Below are positions 23,959 through 36,481 of a DNA stretch of 64,000 bases, one piece after another; position 1 is the stretch's first letter, and the number at the start of each line of letters is the position of its first letter. The position numbers and the translations under genes were made by a program. Origin of the DNA: Pseudogymnoascus verrucosus (Eukaryota); assembly GCA_001662655.1 (NCBI GenBank), contig KV460206.1, one strand, 5' to 3'. Under the pieces are notes generated by a model, which saw only the letters and a program-made list of their open reading frames with translations, ran no database searches and was not told where the DNA came from.

Positions 23959-25698
23959 AGGAGCAGAATGTGCGATGAATATAGTGAAATGTGAGGGATA
24001 CGGACTCCCTAGCTGAGAGGGGTAGTATGTTTGAAAGGGGTGTGTGAGTGAGTAGAGTGGTCGAGCTGTGGGGGTAGTGGTAGCGAGCGCTTTGTGGGGT
24101 GTCTGTACATTTTCTGGGGCGAGATAGATAATATGAGATAGGGGAGTCCTCTATTGGCATTTGACCTTCCCCGCTACGTATTTCAGGGGTAGAGAGAGTA
24201 TTTCTTAACAGAATTTTTAACAGCACCAAATGTGAACAGGACAACCAAAAATGACCGGACGAATAATTAGAGGTTATTATTAGACAAGCCCAACTATTGC
24301 CATTTAATTTGATTTAAGTATTGGAGGGATATATATAAGAAGGGGTGGCACGTTTCCAACTGAGAAGATCCGTTACAATGATATTGCGAGTGCGTGGATA
24401 ACCAAATGGGCGACTCACATAACTTACCAGCTGCCACCCTGACCACTTGATGTTGTAGTTCTTTACGAAGCCATTTCATACACGACGTATGTCGGGTAGG
24501 CGAGTACATTCTTGTCGCTAGATTCCTGTCGATGGGTTCTTGTCGCTAGGTTCTTGTTATTAATTCTCGTCACCAAGCTCTTGTCGCCGCGTGGTACTTT
24601 CGCCGTAACGCCACAGCCATGATATCTCATGTAGTAGAACCACAGCTTGGGGTCCCCGTCCTTTTTGTTTGCTCTTAGAGCGTGTCTTAATATTGATTTC
24701 TTCGTCTTCATCTAGTTTTATGCTATCGCCATATATCCATCTTATTGGATTGACTGCACCCGCATTTAAAAGGGGACGAGAGCAATGCAGCACGTTAAAG
24801 CCATACCCACGGGCACTGTTCCATGGTTCAACTGCATTCTGTTGGTTAGTGGACAGGCCTCCTACTGCTCCAACGAACGTAGCTGCTGTGGACGCGCAGC
24901 CATGATGCGGACGGCACGCAGACCAGCTTGTGTATATTGTTCGTGCTTCGGAGATTGCGTCTCTTTGAAATAGGGTATACAATGTGATTGTTGGATGAGT
25001 GTATTCATAGACATTATGTACCACATCGAAGCTCAAGCTGGAGCTGGAGCTCGGAAAGGGTGTCTGGACAGGTTGTATCATTGAATGCCACTCGACAGGA
25101 CAGGGCAATGAAGTGTAGCAATAATTCAGGCATACAGTGCAAAGAGAAAGGTATTATATCCAATAATATATGAAATAAATGGGCAGACGACTGCAAGGTA
25201 CATTCATGCAAGGCTGGGAGCCACCTCCCAATTCAACGCCACCCATGTATCACCGCTCCCCACGCGTACCTCGCGGTTGTAAAATGATTTTGCCCAGGGC
25301 GCAACAGTTACTGGCGCAGGGCACGCTCCTCGCGGCCTCAGAGACCAGTGTAAGAGTGCCGTGGGACTGAACATGGTAACTGCGTTTACCACCGCGCGAC
25401 AATTTGCGGGGAACAGACGGGGGTTGTGGGGAAGACTGGGCCAGACAGGACTTGCAAAGGGCGAAAAGACGCAGCGTTTTGCTCTGTGTATAAGAAGGGA
25501 TTGATGGGATTGATTTTTCAATCTTTTCATCAGTAGAATCCATTAAATATCATCAATATCTCGACCGTTTTCGACATCTATATCAATATCCAGCCCTGTC
25601 TATCAAAAAGTTCGCCTTTCCAGTACCTGATCCTTCACTGGTAAGTTCGCAACAAGGCTAGGCCTCTCACGCAGCCAAACTGACACTAGGCAGCAAGG

Positions 25699-26013
25699 AT
25701 GGCCAGCCAAAAGAACGAGAAGGTTCAGCCTTCTAATGCCAAAGAGCACGCCTCAAAGCCTAAAGAGTATGTGACCCTCTTATAGTTCGCGATTTCCACC
25801 AGTTGTTTTCCAAATATCCCAGTACTGACACATCGTTGTAGTAAAAAGGCTGGCAAATCGTCCGCGACTCTCGACAGGTACCTCTATGATACAACTTCCT
25901 CTGTACAGGAGCGCATGGCATACCAGCCAGTGGACAAGAAATATCGGAAAGACAGCAATGCGTCGAAGAAGGCTGTAGCGGAGCACTTGGAGAAGATCAT
26001 TAATAAGGTGTGA
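25699..26013 (+). CDS. Small 79-aa Lys-rich hypothetical protein (coding intron 25767-25841; 5'UTR intron 25641-25689)
   Basis: Two canonical introns (GTAAGT..CTGAC..TAG and GTATGT..CTGAC..TAG). Splicing gives the open frame MASQKNEKVQ...EHLEKIINKV*. Confidence 0.6.
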
Positions 26014-26405
26014 ATCAAGTTGGAGGTGGATAAAATTTGTTTGGGAATTGGACGGAATGCGAACGTTTTATTAAATTTCATTAGAGAATATCAAGCCCGC
26101 TGCAAAGCCTCTGTATAAAGTTTTTGGATGTTGAGGAAGGTGATACCTGTACTCGGTGATACTGGCGGGGTCGTTCCCTCCCGGCGCGATGTGGAGTAAG
26201 CGGCAGGGTCCAGTGTGGGGTAGCCGCATGCAAGGGGACTTCTCATCCGTATCCACGGTCGGCATCGACATCCATAAAATGAGTATAATAATCATCGATT
26301 AAACTCTTGGTTCTATGGCTATTCTTCTTTGTCCGGTTATCACATTGTTTCGAATCCGCAGTCCCATTATCTGTAGCCCATAATAGTACTCCTGGTGCCC
26401 AATCT

Positions 26406-28004
26406 CTATTGACCCTCCTCCACAACCGACTTCTTAATCCCCTCCACAAACTGCCTGACTGCCTCTCCTCCCTGTGCGTACATTGCCTTATTATCAACCT
26501 TGATCTTCAATGCTTCGGCCACACTCGGCAGGCCACCCTGCTGCAGAGCTATCGTCAAGCTGCCAAGGCCTTGGCTGAACTGTGGGCTATGCAGCACTCT
26601 CTTCAGGATCGCTCGCTTTTGGGACACGCTAAGTGCTTCCAAAGCCGCTTGTGCTGTGCCGCTGGTTGGCTCGACCATGCCGTCGATTTGTGCGGAGGAC
26701 TCTTGCGCTAAGAGCAGCACAGTCGGAGGCAGGTAGGAGAGGAAGTTGTCGAGTTGCGCTTCTGTGGCATTGTTGATTACGGGGATGGTGGTGGAGGTTG
26801 TGAGGAGGTCAGAGAGAGTTGTGTATGGGCCTTGGCCTTGGGCTTCTCCTCCTTCTTCTCCTTGGGCGAGATTGTTGTTGCCACGGAGCGAGGCAAGGAA
26901 GTTGTTGACTGCGGTTTGGGCATCTGTTGGTGCTGCGGCAGAGGAAAGAGAGGCATTACTATTTGAAGTTAGCTCTGCGTTAGAAGTAGAGCGATGGTTG
27001 AGGGGGAGAATATCAAGACTGGGCAGCAAACATTGGCAGAAGTGCAGGCAACAAGAAGTAACAGGTATTGGCAAAAGTGCAGGCCAGGATGCAGCAAGAA
27101 GCGTTTGGTGCAAGCAGGTTCAATGGTATAGTGTTTCTAGCAGTAAATGCGCAAAAACGCCACATATACAGCACCCATCTCCGTTTTCAAAGTCACCAAA
27201 CGCCTCTTGCTTTCCGTAAAAGCTTTTCTCAACCTATGCTAACTTCGCCTGGTACGCAACGCAATGCAACACAGTGGATATAACCTACGCTCTTCCGCCC
27301 TCGGCACCTCCTTCCCTCGACGGCTCGCCCTCCTCACGGACATCTCCACCTGTAGCATCTGGGCCGGCGCCTCCACCACTTCCTCGGTGGTGTTCTGATG
27401 GGTCGCCATGGCCTTCTACATCCTCCATGGTCTCGTCCTCATCGTCACCGCCCCTCGGGTTTTGTACATTCTCCAGCTCGCTGCTAACATTGACGTCCTC
27501 GCCCTGTAGCAGGGAGTCCACAATTTGCCCGATCTTCTGATCGCGGGTCGAGAATGAGCTTGGGTCATCGGCGCGTTGGGGCTGTGATTGGAGCCAGAAT
27601 AGGTGGCGCTGGGAGGAGGACGAGAACTTGAGGACAAAGATGCGTCCGTTCGTTTTGGAAGTCGGCTGATCGGAGGTTTTGTATTCGTATGGGACAAAGT
27701 GGCCATCGGTTGGGATCATCATAAGATCAAGCTCTGGCTCGTCGAGTTGAGCTGTGCGTGGCCGCCAGCAGAAGTGGATGAGTTCTGGAACATTAGACAC
27801 ATGCTTGAAATAGTTGGAAAGCTACCATACCATCCTCAGAGTAGAGATATATGTAACCCTTCGTTGCCAAAGGTGTGACCTTGTAAGGCTTGCTTGATGT
27901 CTGAAGCTGTTGTTAGGAGCCCATCTCAGCTATGCGGCACAAAAGAAGCTTACATCAACTTCACACTGGCCCGCCTTGAACGTGATTATAGGTTGAATAG
28001 ACAT
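26406..28004 (-). CDS. RPN13: Proteasome ubiquitin receptor Rpn13/ADRM1 (Pru domain plus C-terminal UCH37-binding domain)
   Basis: IITFKAG.C; LIHFCWRPR; GRIFVLKFSSSSQRHLFWLQ; SPQFSQGLGSLTIAL..GGL in the last exon. Confidence 0.93.
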
Positions 28005-28135
28005 TGTGAAGGTATTGGGGTAGTTGGAAATCTGTGGAGGTTGATTTGGAGAAGCACCACAGCTTTATGAGGGCAGCGCGTTCGTCATGTAGCTATCTAC
28101 CTTGCGGAGCAAGCGGAACCCGGTCAACCGCTGTA

Positions 28136-28275
28136 AAGCCACAGCCTAGCCCAAGGTGTGGCTGAGCCCCACAATCATTATCATTAGCCACATATCACAT
28201 GACATTAGCCCTTGGATTTTCCCCTTCAGCACTCAAACATGATAACCCTACAAAATTAAGCGAAAACATTAGGGC
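28136..28275. promoter_or_regulatory. Ribosomal-protein-type promoter motifs in the RPN13/RPL6 bidirectional promoter
   Basis: TGTGGCT three times, both strands (28137, 28157, 28186; HomolD-like), ATCACATG (CDEI/Cbf1-like), TAACCCTA and TTAGGG (HomolE/Tbf1-like). Confidence 0.4.
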
Positions 28276-28393
28276 ATGCTAAAACTCTACGAGAGTCGCG
28301 ACAACCAGAACAGTGCAGGCCCGACAAATCCAAGACGACAACACTCAACGAACCGATACCCAACGACCAAACCGAATCGGTTCTTCGTCCAAG

Positions 28394-29295
28394 ATGTCGG
28401 CAACTCAAGAGAGTCAGAAGAAGACCTTCGGAAAGTCGACGAGAGAGATTCCTCACCACAGCCAGAAGGCCAGCAAATGGTACCCGGCCGAGGATGAGGC
28501 CCAGCACAAGAAGGTGCGTTATAAAACCCAACCCGAGCCAGAGCAAGAGATTGCGACTAGGCGTACTGCACGATTGTCATCTGGAAAATCGAAGGTTGTG
28601 GTGTCTGGAGATATTGTGCGATCAGGCTATCAGGGTTGCACCCAAAATATGGACCCAAAGGCATCGATATCAGACAGCGCCACAATTGGATATCAGAGAC
28701 AAGCAGCTTTAGATTCGCAGAGAGAACAATCGCTAACAGATCAATTATAGGTCCGCAAGACCATCCGTGCTTCCACCCCTCGCTCTTCGCTCGTCCCCGG
28801 TACCGTCCTCATTCTCCTCGCTGGCCGCTTCCGTGGCAAGCGTGTCATCCTCCTGAACACCCTCGACCAGGGTGTTCTCCTCGTCACCGGCCCATTCAAG
28901 GTCAACGGTGTCCCAGTCCGCCGCGTCAACGCCCGCTACGTTATCGCCACATCCCACAAGGTTGATATCTCTGGTGTCGACTCCAAGAAGATCGAGGAGA
29001 TCTCCGACGAGAAGTACTTCGCCCGTGAGGCGTCCGACAAGAAGACCGGCGAGGCCGAGTTCTTCAAGCAGGGCGAGAAGCCAGAGGTAAGATTACAGAG
29101 CCAATTGCGACGATTGAAAGCGGAAAACTAATAATATGACAGAAGAAGAAGCCTTCTTCCAACCGCGCGGCTGACCAAAAGTCCGTCGACAAGTCTATCC
29201 TTTCCGCCATCAAGAAGGAGCCCTTCCTCGTCAGCTACCTCGCATCCTCTTTCTCCCTCCGCAAGGGTGACAGACCACATGAGATGGCTTGGTAA
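28394..29295 (+). CDS. RPL6: 60S ribosomal protein eL6 (3 exons)
   Basis: [70 protein letters not shown]. Confidence 0.97.
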
Positions 29296-30609
29296 ATTGG
29301 GGAAGAATGTTCTAGGCGTAGCAGTGGTGTGAGGGAATCGCTCTATTAGGTGCTCGCAGTTGGGCCTTGATGTGGCATCGGTCAACAATTGCTGGGCGCT
29401 TTGTATTCAGACAACTTCAACGCATCAAAGACATTACAAAGCATTCCAAAACTATGTTGCCTCGAAGAGTGATGAGTGTGATCATGGATAGTGAATTTAT
29501 GGGTTTGAAAGGAGTGATGAGATCAGGTATTGACATGAGGTTAGAGCAGAATTGAGACACGGGATCACATAGATTTCCATCCAGCTTTTAATGGTTTAAA
29601 ACTTCCCTTGTGCAGTTTCCATACCCCCGCCCAAGCCCGGCATTCCTTTCAAGCCAACGATATTTGGAATGCTTGTGATAACCAGCTTTTACAACTCCCA
29701 AGTTATCCCCACCGTTGCGGCCCTGTTAAGCCACCTTCCAGCAGCTGACAAGATGAGAAGAAAGTTCCCCCTGGACTCCCAGTTTATACCGTTTATGCCC
29801 ACCGTGATATATTACGTTTCATCCTTCCACCAACGCCTGGGAGAAAGCTTGGCTGAGATAAAGGCATGGAGAGGACAAAGGAGAGTGAGATCTTTCCACG
29901 CCAGCTTGGAGGTCTGAACTCCTTTGAGGAACAACAAAATTATGTGTGATCGCGGCCAGCCCCGGGTCCGGGTTTCGTCATAGTTGCTTTACGTGCCTAA
30001 TGTCTCGGCATTCCCTGTCCAGTGCTTTTTCCTGGCAACTGGCGATATAAATGATTCAAGCGTGCATGAATGAGATGATAGACAAAAACATACACATTGG
30101 GTACCGCTGGCGATTGACAACAACCCACCACAAATATATACCATTTCCCCTTGTCTAGTATAGTATTTATAGTATTTATGATTCTCAAAATTTATCACAA
30201 CAAGTCCGAGATAAGTGTGTGCTTTTTGGTGAAGTTGTGTTGGTGGGGCCTGTCAATTGGAGGAAACGCACGTGATGTATATATTGACGCTAGTCTGAAA
30301 ACATCTAGCGTAGACGTTCCTCCCATCGCATCGCGATTTTGAGTCGAGAACGCGACGAACTGAGCTCAGGTAGAGAGAGATCCAACACCAGCAAGCCTAC
30401 AGGCCGTCGCAAACTCGACACTCAACATTATATACTGTCTAAGCGCAGTGTATGCAAGCTGTGGCTTCACAACGCCAGCCGACCACGATTTTATTTCCCC
30501 AATTGGCGCCAAATCGCACCCAAAACTTCACAAGGGCGTCCCATCGACGCACAGCTTAGCCAGGTCCCATTAACGTCGGCCGCGCGCTTTACATGCGTAA
30601 CAAGACAAA

Positions 30610-32472
30610 ATGACCGCCAAAGCACCGCCCCAGGCTTTTATTTCTAGCTATGCTCCACGACTACGGACATACGCCAACTCACTCCTCACACCAATAATAC
30701 AACCTGCTGCAGCCGTTGCGACTCCATCGTCAAGAACAACGAAACGAGGCACAACAGCCATTAACTACGCAGAAGATGGGTTTGAAGATTATGATGAAGA
30801 TGATGATGAAGGACGGCGCAGGCCCACCGGTTTAAGGAGCTTGAGGAGGGAGGAGACCCTACAGGCAAAACAAGATGTCGCGGACAAATTTGGAAAGGAA
30901 GCAACAGAACCAGTCGAGGTTCAAGGAGTATGGAGAGAATGGATGGGCAAGGCTCGTTCAGGGAAGCCAGATCTCCAAGCTCACTCGCAGGCATCACTGC
31001 CTCTCACTCTCGTCCCAATTCGCATCGATGTCGACATTCCAGCCTTCATTCCACAAGCCCCTCTTCCTCTGCCATCAGGCGCAGCTTACAATAATATCGA
31101 CCCCTCATTACCAGTATATCGCACACCAGATGTCACAGTACCCTACCGGCTAAAGGATATCTTTCTCTGGAACCTCCACGAGACTCTTACCACCACAGAC
31201 CAGTTTGCGCAATGCATGGTGCAGGATCTAGACCTCCCGAACCGCCAAGCGCTGGCCATGGAGATCAGCAAGCAGATCCGCACTCAGCTTGAAGAGTATG
31301 CTGGCGTTGCGCTCCACCCTCTCTTTCACTCACAGCAAACTCCCGCTGCCAATGGGACTGCTATCAAAACGATTCAAGCAAGTACCGCGTCGCGTGACCA
31401 TTCCGCAACCCCTGCCGTCAGCGGACGAGGAACTCCTTTACATGCGCCTCACCTGTCAACAAATGGGTTCTCCACGCCAGTGAAGGTAGTTACACAAGAA
31501 GTTACAGCCTCAGCGGTTCCTATATCACAGGAGGCTGACGACCACAACCCGGACGACACGTATCGTTGTATCATCACCTTGAACATTAATCTCTCCAACA
31601 ATCTCTACACAGACAAGTTTGAATGGTCGCTATTGCACCCACCTGGAACTGCTGAAGTCTTTGCGAAACAAACATGCGCGGATATGGGACTCTCCGGAGA
31701 ATGGGTCCCAGCGATGACCCATGCTATCTACGAAGCTGTACTGCGCCTGAAGAAAGAGGCATGCGAATCAGGAGGGCTCGTAGGTGGATACGGCGGCGAA
31801 ATCCCCAACGAAGCAGTCCACGGTTCCGAGGCCGGCTGGAGATACGACAACGAGCACCTAGCCGACGAATGGGAGCCCAAGGTCGAAGTCCTCAGCAAAG
31901 AAGAGATCGAGAAGCGAGAAGGCGACCGCGAGCGCCAGATCCGCCGCATGCGCCGTGAGACTGCGCGATTCTCGAGTAACACGGGCATGCTGGGCGGGAT
32001 GCCGCAATCAGGCGGCCTTGGGTTTTTCGACCCTGGAGAGCCGACGGAGGAGCGGATGGGTCGCGGTGAGCGCAGTAAGAAGAAGAGGCGCTTCCGTAGC
32101 TTGAGTCCGCTTGGTCGATCGGGGACTCCAGGTGGGAGGGGGACGCCGGACACGGGCTCCGGTGTTGCTGGGTATGGTGGTGGTGGAGGCTTGAATGATT
32201 ATGAGAGGACTACGTGGCGGTGCGCGCACTGCCGGGTCTGGGGAACGGCTGTGTGGGGTGTGAGGGATGGGCCTGCTGGCACAAGGGTACGTTTTCTTCT
32301 TACCTCCCTACGTGTTCACTCGCGGAGACAGTCGTATCTATTCATGTGCTTTACTAACGAGACTTAGACACTGTGCAACAACTGCGGTTACCTGTACGAG
32401 CGTGACCGGAATCTACCAGCCTGGACAAAGGACTTGCACAAAAGCGATCTGCGCGCGACCGATTACCGGTAG
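30610..32472 (+). CDS. SFH1: RSC subunit Sfh1 (SNF5 family) with C-terminal GATA-like zinc finger (intron 32287-32367)
   Basis: SYAPRLR; LKDIFLWNLHE; DKFEWSL; EIEKREGDRERQIRR; CAHC..RDGPAGTR|TLCNNC. Confidence 0.95.
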
Positions 32473-33341
32473 AGTTGGATGGGTTGATGGAAAGAACTCC
32501 GTCCCCACGGGCATTGCTGTGTGTGTTATAGAGAACAGGGAATTTCGGGGCTTGGGGAAGGCTGGGTATGGGAGCGTTCAGGCGTTAATGTTGCGGGCGG
32601 TTCGATGTGCATGGGTTCAAGGCTCAAATCCTCGGGATCCTTTGGGGCAGATGTACTATGGGAGCTTGAAGTATTGGAGAGACGCACTGCGTATTGCACT
32701 TTGTATCAACACTTATAGCGTGAGCAATGGGGGCGTCACGCGCCATTGGTAGTGAGCAGCACTTGGAGCAAAATATTAAGAAATTTCGGATCATATCCTA
32801 TGGACTGGTTATACGGCAGAGCAGCACAAGTGAAGTTATTAGAGCATTTATACTATGATTGTCGTGATGGCCAGAGAGGCAGTCCCCGGTGGCGTGAGGG
32901 GTTGGGATCTCATCTCCAAACCCCCCGCTAAAGAACCTCCATTTCGTTTTTGAGAATGTTCTGATATGATAGTCACAAGTTATGGGACGCAAAACTACGA
33001 ACCATTATGAAAAGCTGTTGTACTATCCTTGGTGTACCCTATAGCAAGCCACGGAATCACTTGTTACAGCTTCGTTCTTACTGTCATTGGTGTGTTGTTG
33101 TCGTCTCACTTGTTATTCTCACCACCATTCTATCCCACCGTCGAATCCTCGCCCTAGAATTCTTCACTGGGCTCACCACACCGTTTCGAGTGCGTCTTGA
33201 AAATGGCAGTCGTCAGCTTTCGTTCGATCGTCACTCCTGCCCATAACTGGTCTCACTCTGGGTTCTTCGTAGGCCAACCAGTTGATACAGCGGATTGGAT
33301 GGTGATATTAACCATCCCGTCTCATGTGGTATCATGGAAGC

Positions 33342-33440
33342 GCGGGGAAATGATTACGTTTGATATTGAAGAGCAGACATATTAGGATGGGCGGGGAAAT
33401 AGTCACATTTGATATTCAAGAGCACACATAACTTGGGTGG
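33342..33440. repeat. Imperfect tandem repeat, 2 x ~49 bp
   Basis: GCGGGGAAAT..A..TTTGATATT.AAGAGCA.ACATA at 33342 and 33391, downstream of RPL30. Confidence 0.8.
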
Positions 33441-33584
33441 GACGCTATTGGCATTGATGGGTATATATAAAGGGACTAAATGTACCCTCCACACTTCTGT
33501 CGCTCAAGTTAATTTCTCCAGTTGACCGTTCATCAAAATGACGCCTAGTGACCACCCAAAACCACCAACAGAGACTCCGATCGC

Positions 33585-34054
33585 TTAAGCGACCTGGCTC
33601 AGGATATCGGAGTCACCGCCGTCGAGGACGACCATGGTGCCAACGCGGAACATCTTACCGCAAGCGGTACCGAGCTCCAGCTAGACGGGGAATTAGTACT
33701 CCTCCAGACTTTGCGGAAAGTCCTTCTCAGGAACGCAGGGGGATATGGGGAGGACGTACGTTGTTGCCGTTGAAGTGGTGGACGGGGCTCTTGGAGAGCA
33801 TGGCGTAGTACTCGAGCTCGGACTTGCGGAGGGGAGGGGTGTTGCCGGAGATGAGAACCAGCTTGGCCTTGCCCATGCGGAGCTGCTTGAGGGAGGACTT
33901 GTAGCCGAGGACGACTGCGCGCGTGTTAGTTTTTTGATGCTGTGGATATATCTCAGAAGGGATTGGGAAACGTACCCTTGCCGGACTTCATCACAAGCGC
34001 GAGGCGCGAGTTGATGGTGTCGCCGGACTTCTTATCCTTACGGGAGGGAGCCAT
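33585..34054 (-). CDS. RPL30: 60S ribosomal protein eL30 (3 exons)
   Basis: [13 protein letters not shown]|..[35 protein letters not shown]|..[18 protein letters not shown]. Confidence 0.97.
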
Positions 34055-35088
34055 TTCGAGGATTAGAAGGGTTGAAGGTAGAGTGGTTGTTGGTTGGCGA
34101 TTGGCGGTTGTTGGAAGAAAGTTCGTGGGATTTCGTCGCAATTATTATTATTTTGCGTGTGCGTTCGGATATGTTGAGCTAGTCTGGAATAGACGCTAGC
34201 GTACAATCTGGCCCTGCCAAGTTGATTTTTGATTTTGCTGAGTCAGCCAGGGAAAGAGGGTTGTATCACGTGATGTGGTATTTGAAAGATCGGTGGATTA
34301 GACGAATTGCGTGCGAATACGTTCAAATTGCCCACTCACCCACTCAATCCTCAGTACCACCACCACTATTCATGGATGTACACCTCCTTTTTCCCATTTC
34401 TATTATTTTATTATTTATTTTATATAAGAAGTTTGTTAGCTACTACTATCTTCCTCTATAAACTCGTATTTCGCTTTCTGTGCACCGCATATATTGAAAG
34501 AAGTGTTACTCATCGGCATCATTACTATCATTTATCCACCAAGGTTACTGGGATGACTTCCTGTTCTTCCCAGTACCAACCGGCGTCGCATTCACCACCA
34601 ACCCTTCATCAATGTCCATGACGACTATTTGATAGCTAGAATAATATGCTTTTATTTTTTTATACGTTTACATACTTCTATATATCTCATCCAAACGAGC
34701 CCTAAAACGGCCTTTTTCTTTGTGCACAAACTCGAAAATACCTCCATCGAACAGCAACCTTGAGAGGTATTTGTCTCTTGGTTTTGGCCAAATGCGCGGG
34801 GCCACGCCTGCTAGTGAGCACAAACACCATTCGAGCACGTAACCTTTGTGGTTATTGTCCATCCGTCCTTCCCCTCCCTCCCCCTCCCCGCCATATTTCA
34901 ACGTCGCTCCCCTTCCTCACCCCTCACCCCTCCTTCCTTCCTCTTTCTCTTTCTTCCTTCTTTATTCTTCATCTTCTTCCATCAGCATCTGTCTTCTGCA
35001 TCACAAACCACTCAAAGCATACTTTTTTATTGGCATTTTGATTAGTATTCGTTCTCTTTCTGTGCGACACGGCATTGATATTTTGAAT

Positions 35089-36243
35089 ATGACTTCTCCA
35101 AGTCCGGATGCGCTGCTGCAGCTCCCCGTCGAGATTATCCTTGGCATAGTCAAGCAGCTGGAATGGCAGCCGAGCGATATTGGGAGTTTGCTATGCAGTT
35201 CCAAGGTAGGCAGACTTCACGTCTCATCGCTGCACAACTCAGCTTTTATTTTCAGTTCACTAACGTATTCGCTCCTTCTATAGACAACCAGATTCATCCT
35301 CAAGAGCCACGAAGAGCATCTCTCCCAGCAATTCACATCCCACCTCTACACGCCCTCCTCACTCGACCCCATCCTCGCCTCCACCATCCCTCCCCAGCCC
35401 ATCCTTGACCCCCCCTCCACCGCCGCCTCACAACCCAAGCGCAGGCGCCCGCAGAAATTCACCCCCCCGCTCCGCTTCCCCTACACCTACCCCTGGACTG
35501 CCGAAATCCACAAACGCAACGCAATCTTCTGCATCCTCTCCACCTCCCCCCTCCTCTCCATCACCCCGCCGCGCCTCCTCTCTCTCTTCGAGACGTCCAC
35601 TCGGCTATGCGCCAACTGTCACCATGGGGGGATCACAGCGTTTAAAAGCCATGGTCTGAATACCCTCCTCAAACTCTCGGATGCGAGGGTTACTGCACAT
35701 ACTCCTATTTCCAGCGACGAGAAGAGCGTGAATGGCGATGACCTCGGCAGACGCGGTCAAGAGGCTTGGTTGGCGCAACAAGATGCGCTTGCTCTTGCGA
35801 GCGCCTTGGCCCTCGTCTGGGTTGCAAGCACGGTTTTCGAGTACGGCGAGCGCTCCACCTGGGGCGCGGGCGGGTGTGAGCACAACGGTCACGCCGCCTC
35901 CGCGACGTCAGGCGCGCCAGAGAGCAGTGATAGCAGCCTCGTGGAGCGACAATGTATATACCGCGAGCTGGCTCTGGCTCACGGGCCGTACTTTCTGTGG
36001 TGCAGTGTGCGTGGATCCGAAGCGGAGAGGAAATGGGTGAAGGAGACCCTGGATGAAGGTGTGGAGGGGCTGAGGGAGTACGAGAATGGTGGGAGCGGGG
36101 CGGGGATGAGGAGTCTGCAGAGTGTGGTGTTGAGGCGGTTTGCGGACCTGAAGGGGTGTCAGGTTTGGGAGGGGTGGGATGAGGTATTTTCGTGTGTTGG
36201 GGAGGAGATTGTGAGGTGTAGGGCGAGGAAGGGGAGTTGTTAA
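35089..36243 (+). CDS. F-box-like hypothetical protein (intron 35206-35283)
   Basis: LLQLPVEIILGIV at the N-terminus. The spliced frame is continuous with ORF 35728-36243. Confidence 0.7.
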
Positions 36244-36481
36244 AGTTAAGGGGTTTGATGGGTGTATGTTTTAGCGCGGTAATGGAAGGATGCGCGGGTT
36301 TGAGTATTTGTATGGTTGGAAACAATGCGGTGTTTTCTCTATTCTTTGGTGCCGAAGCAAAATAAAGATTATAAGTTAAAAAGTCTATAATAATGGTATC
36401 TCTCCCATCAAATCCCCGCCGTAAAACGCCACCCCCCCGTACCCCCCAAACGCCTCCCAAAAAAAACAAATGAAACCCCAT

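Noticed and set aside
24294..25108. Overlapping minus-strand ORFs (182, 82 and 71 aa)
   Set aside because: Could be a decayed gene, but I recognise no family and cannot build a supported model.
28514..28750. Possible intronic snoRNA in the 237-nt RPL6 intron
   Set aside because: No convincing C/D or H/ACA boxes seen. Long introns are normal in ribosomal protein genes.
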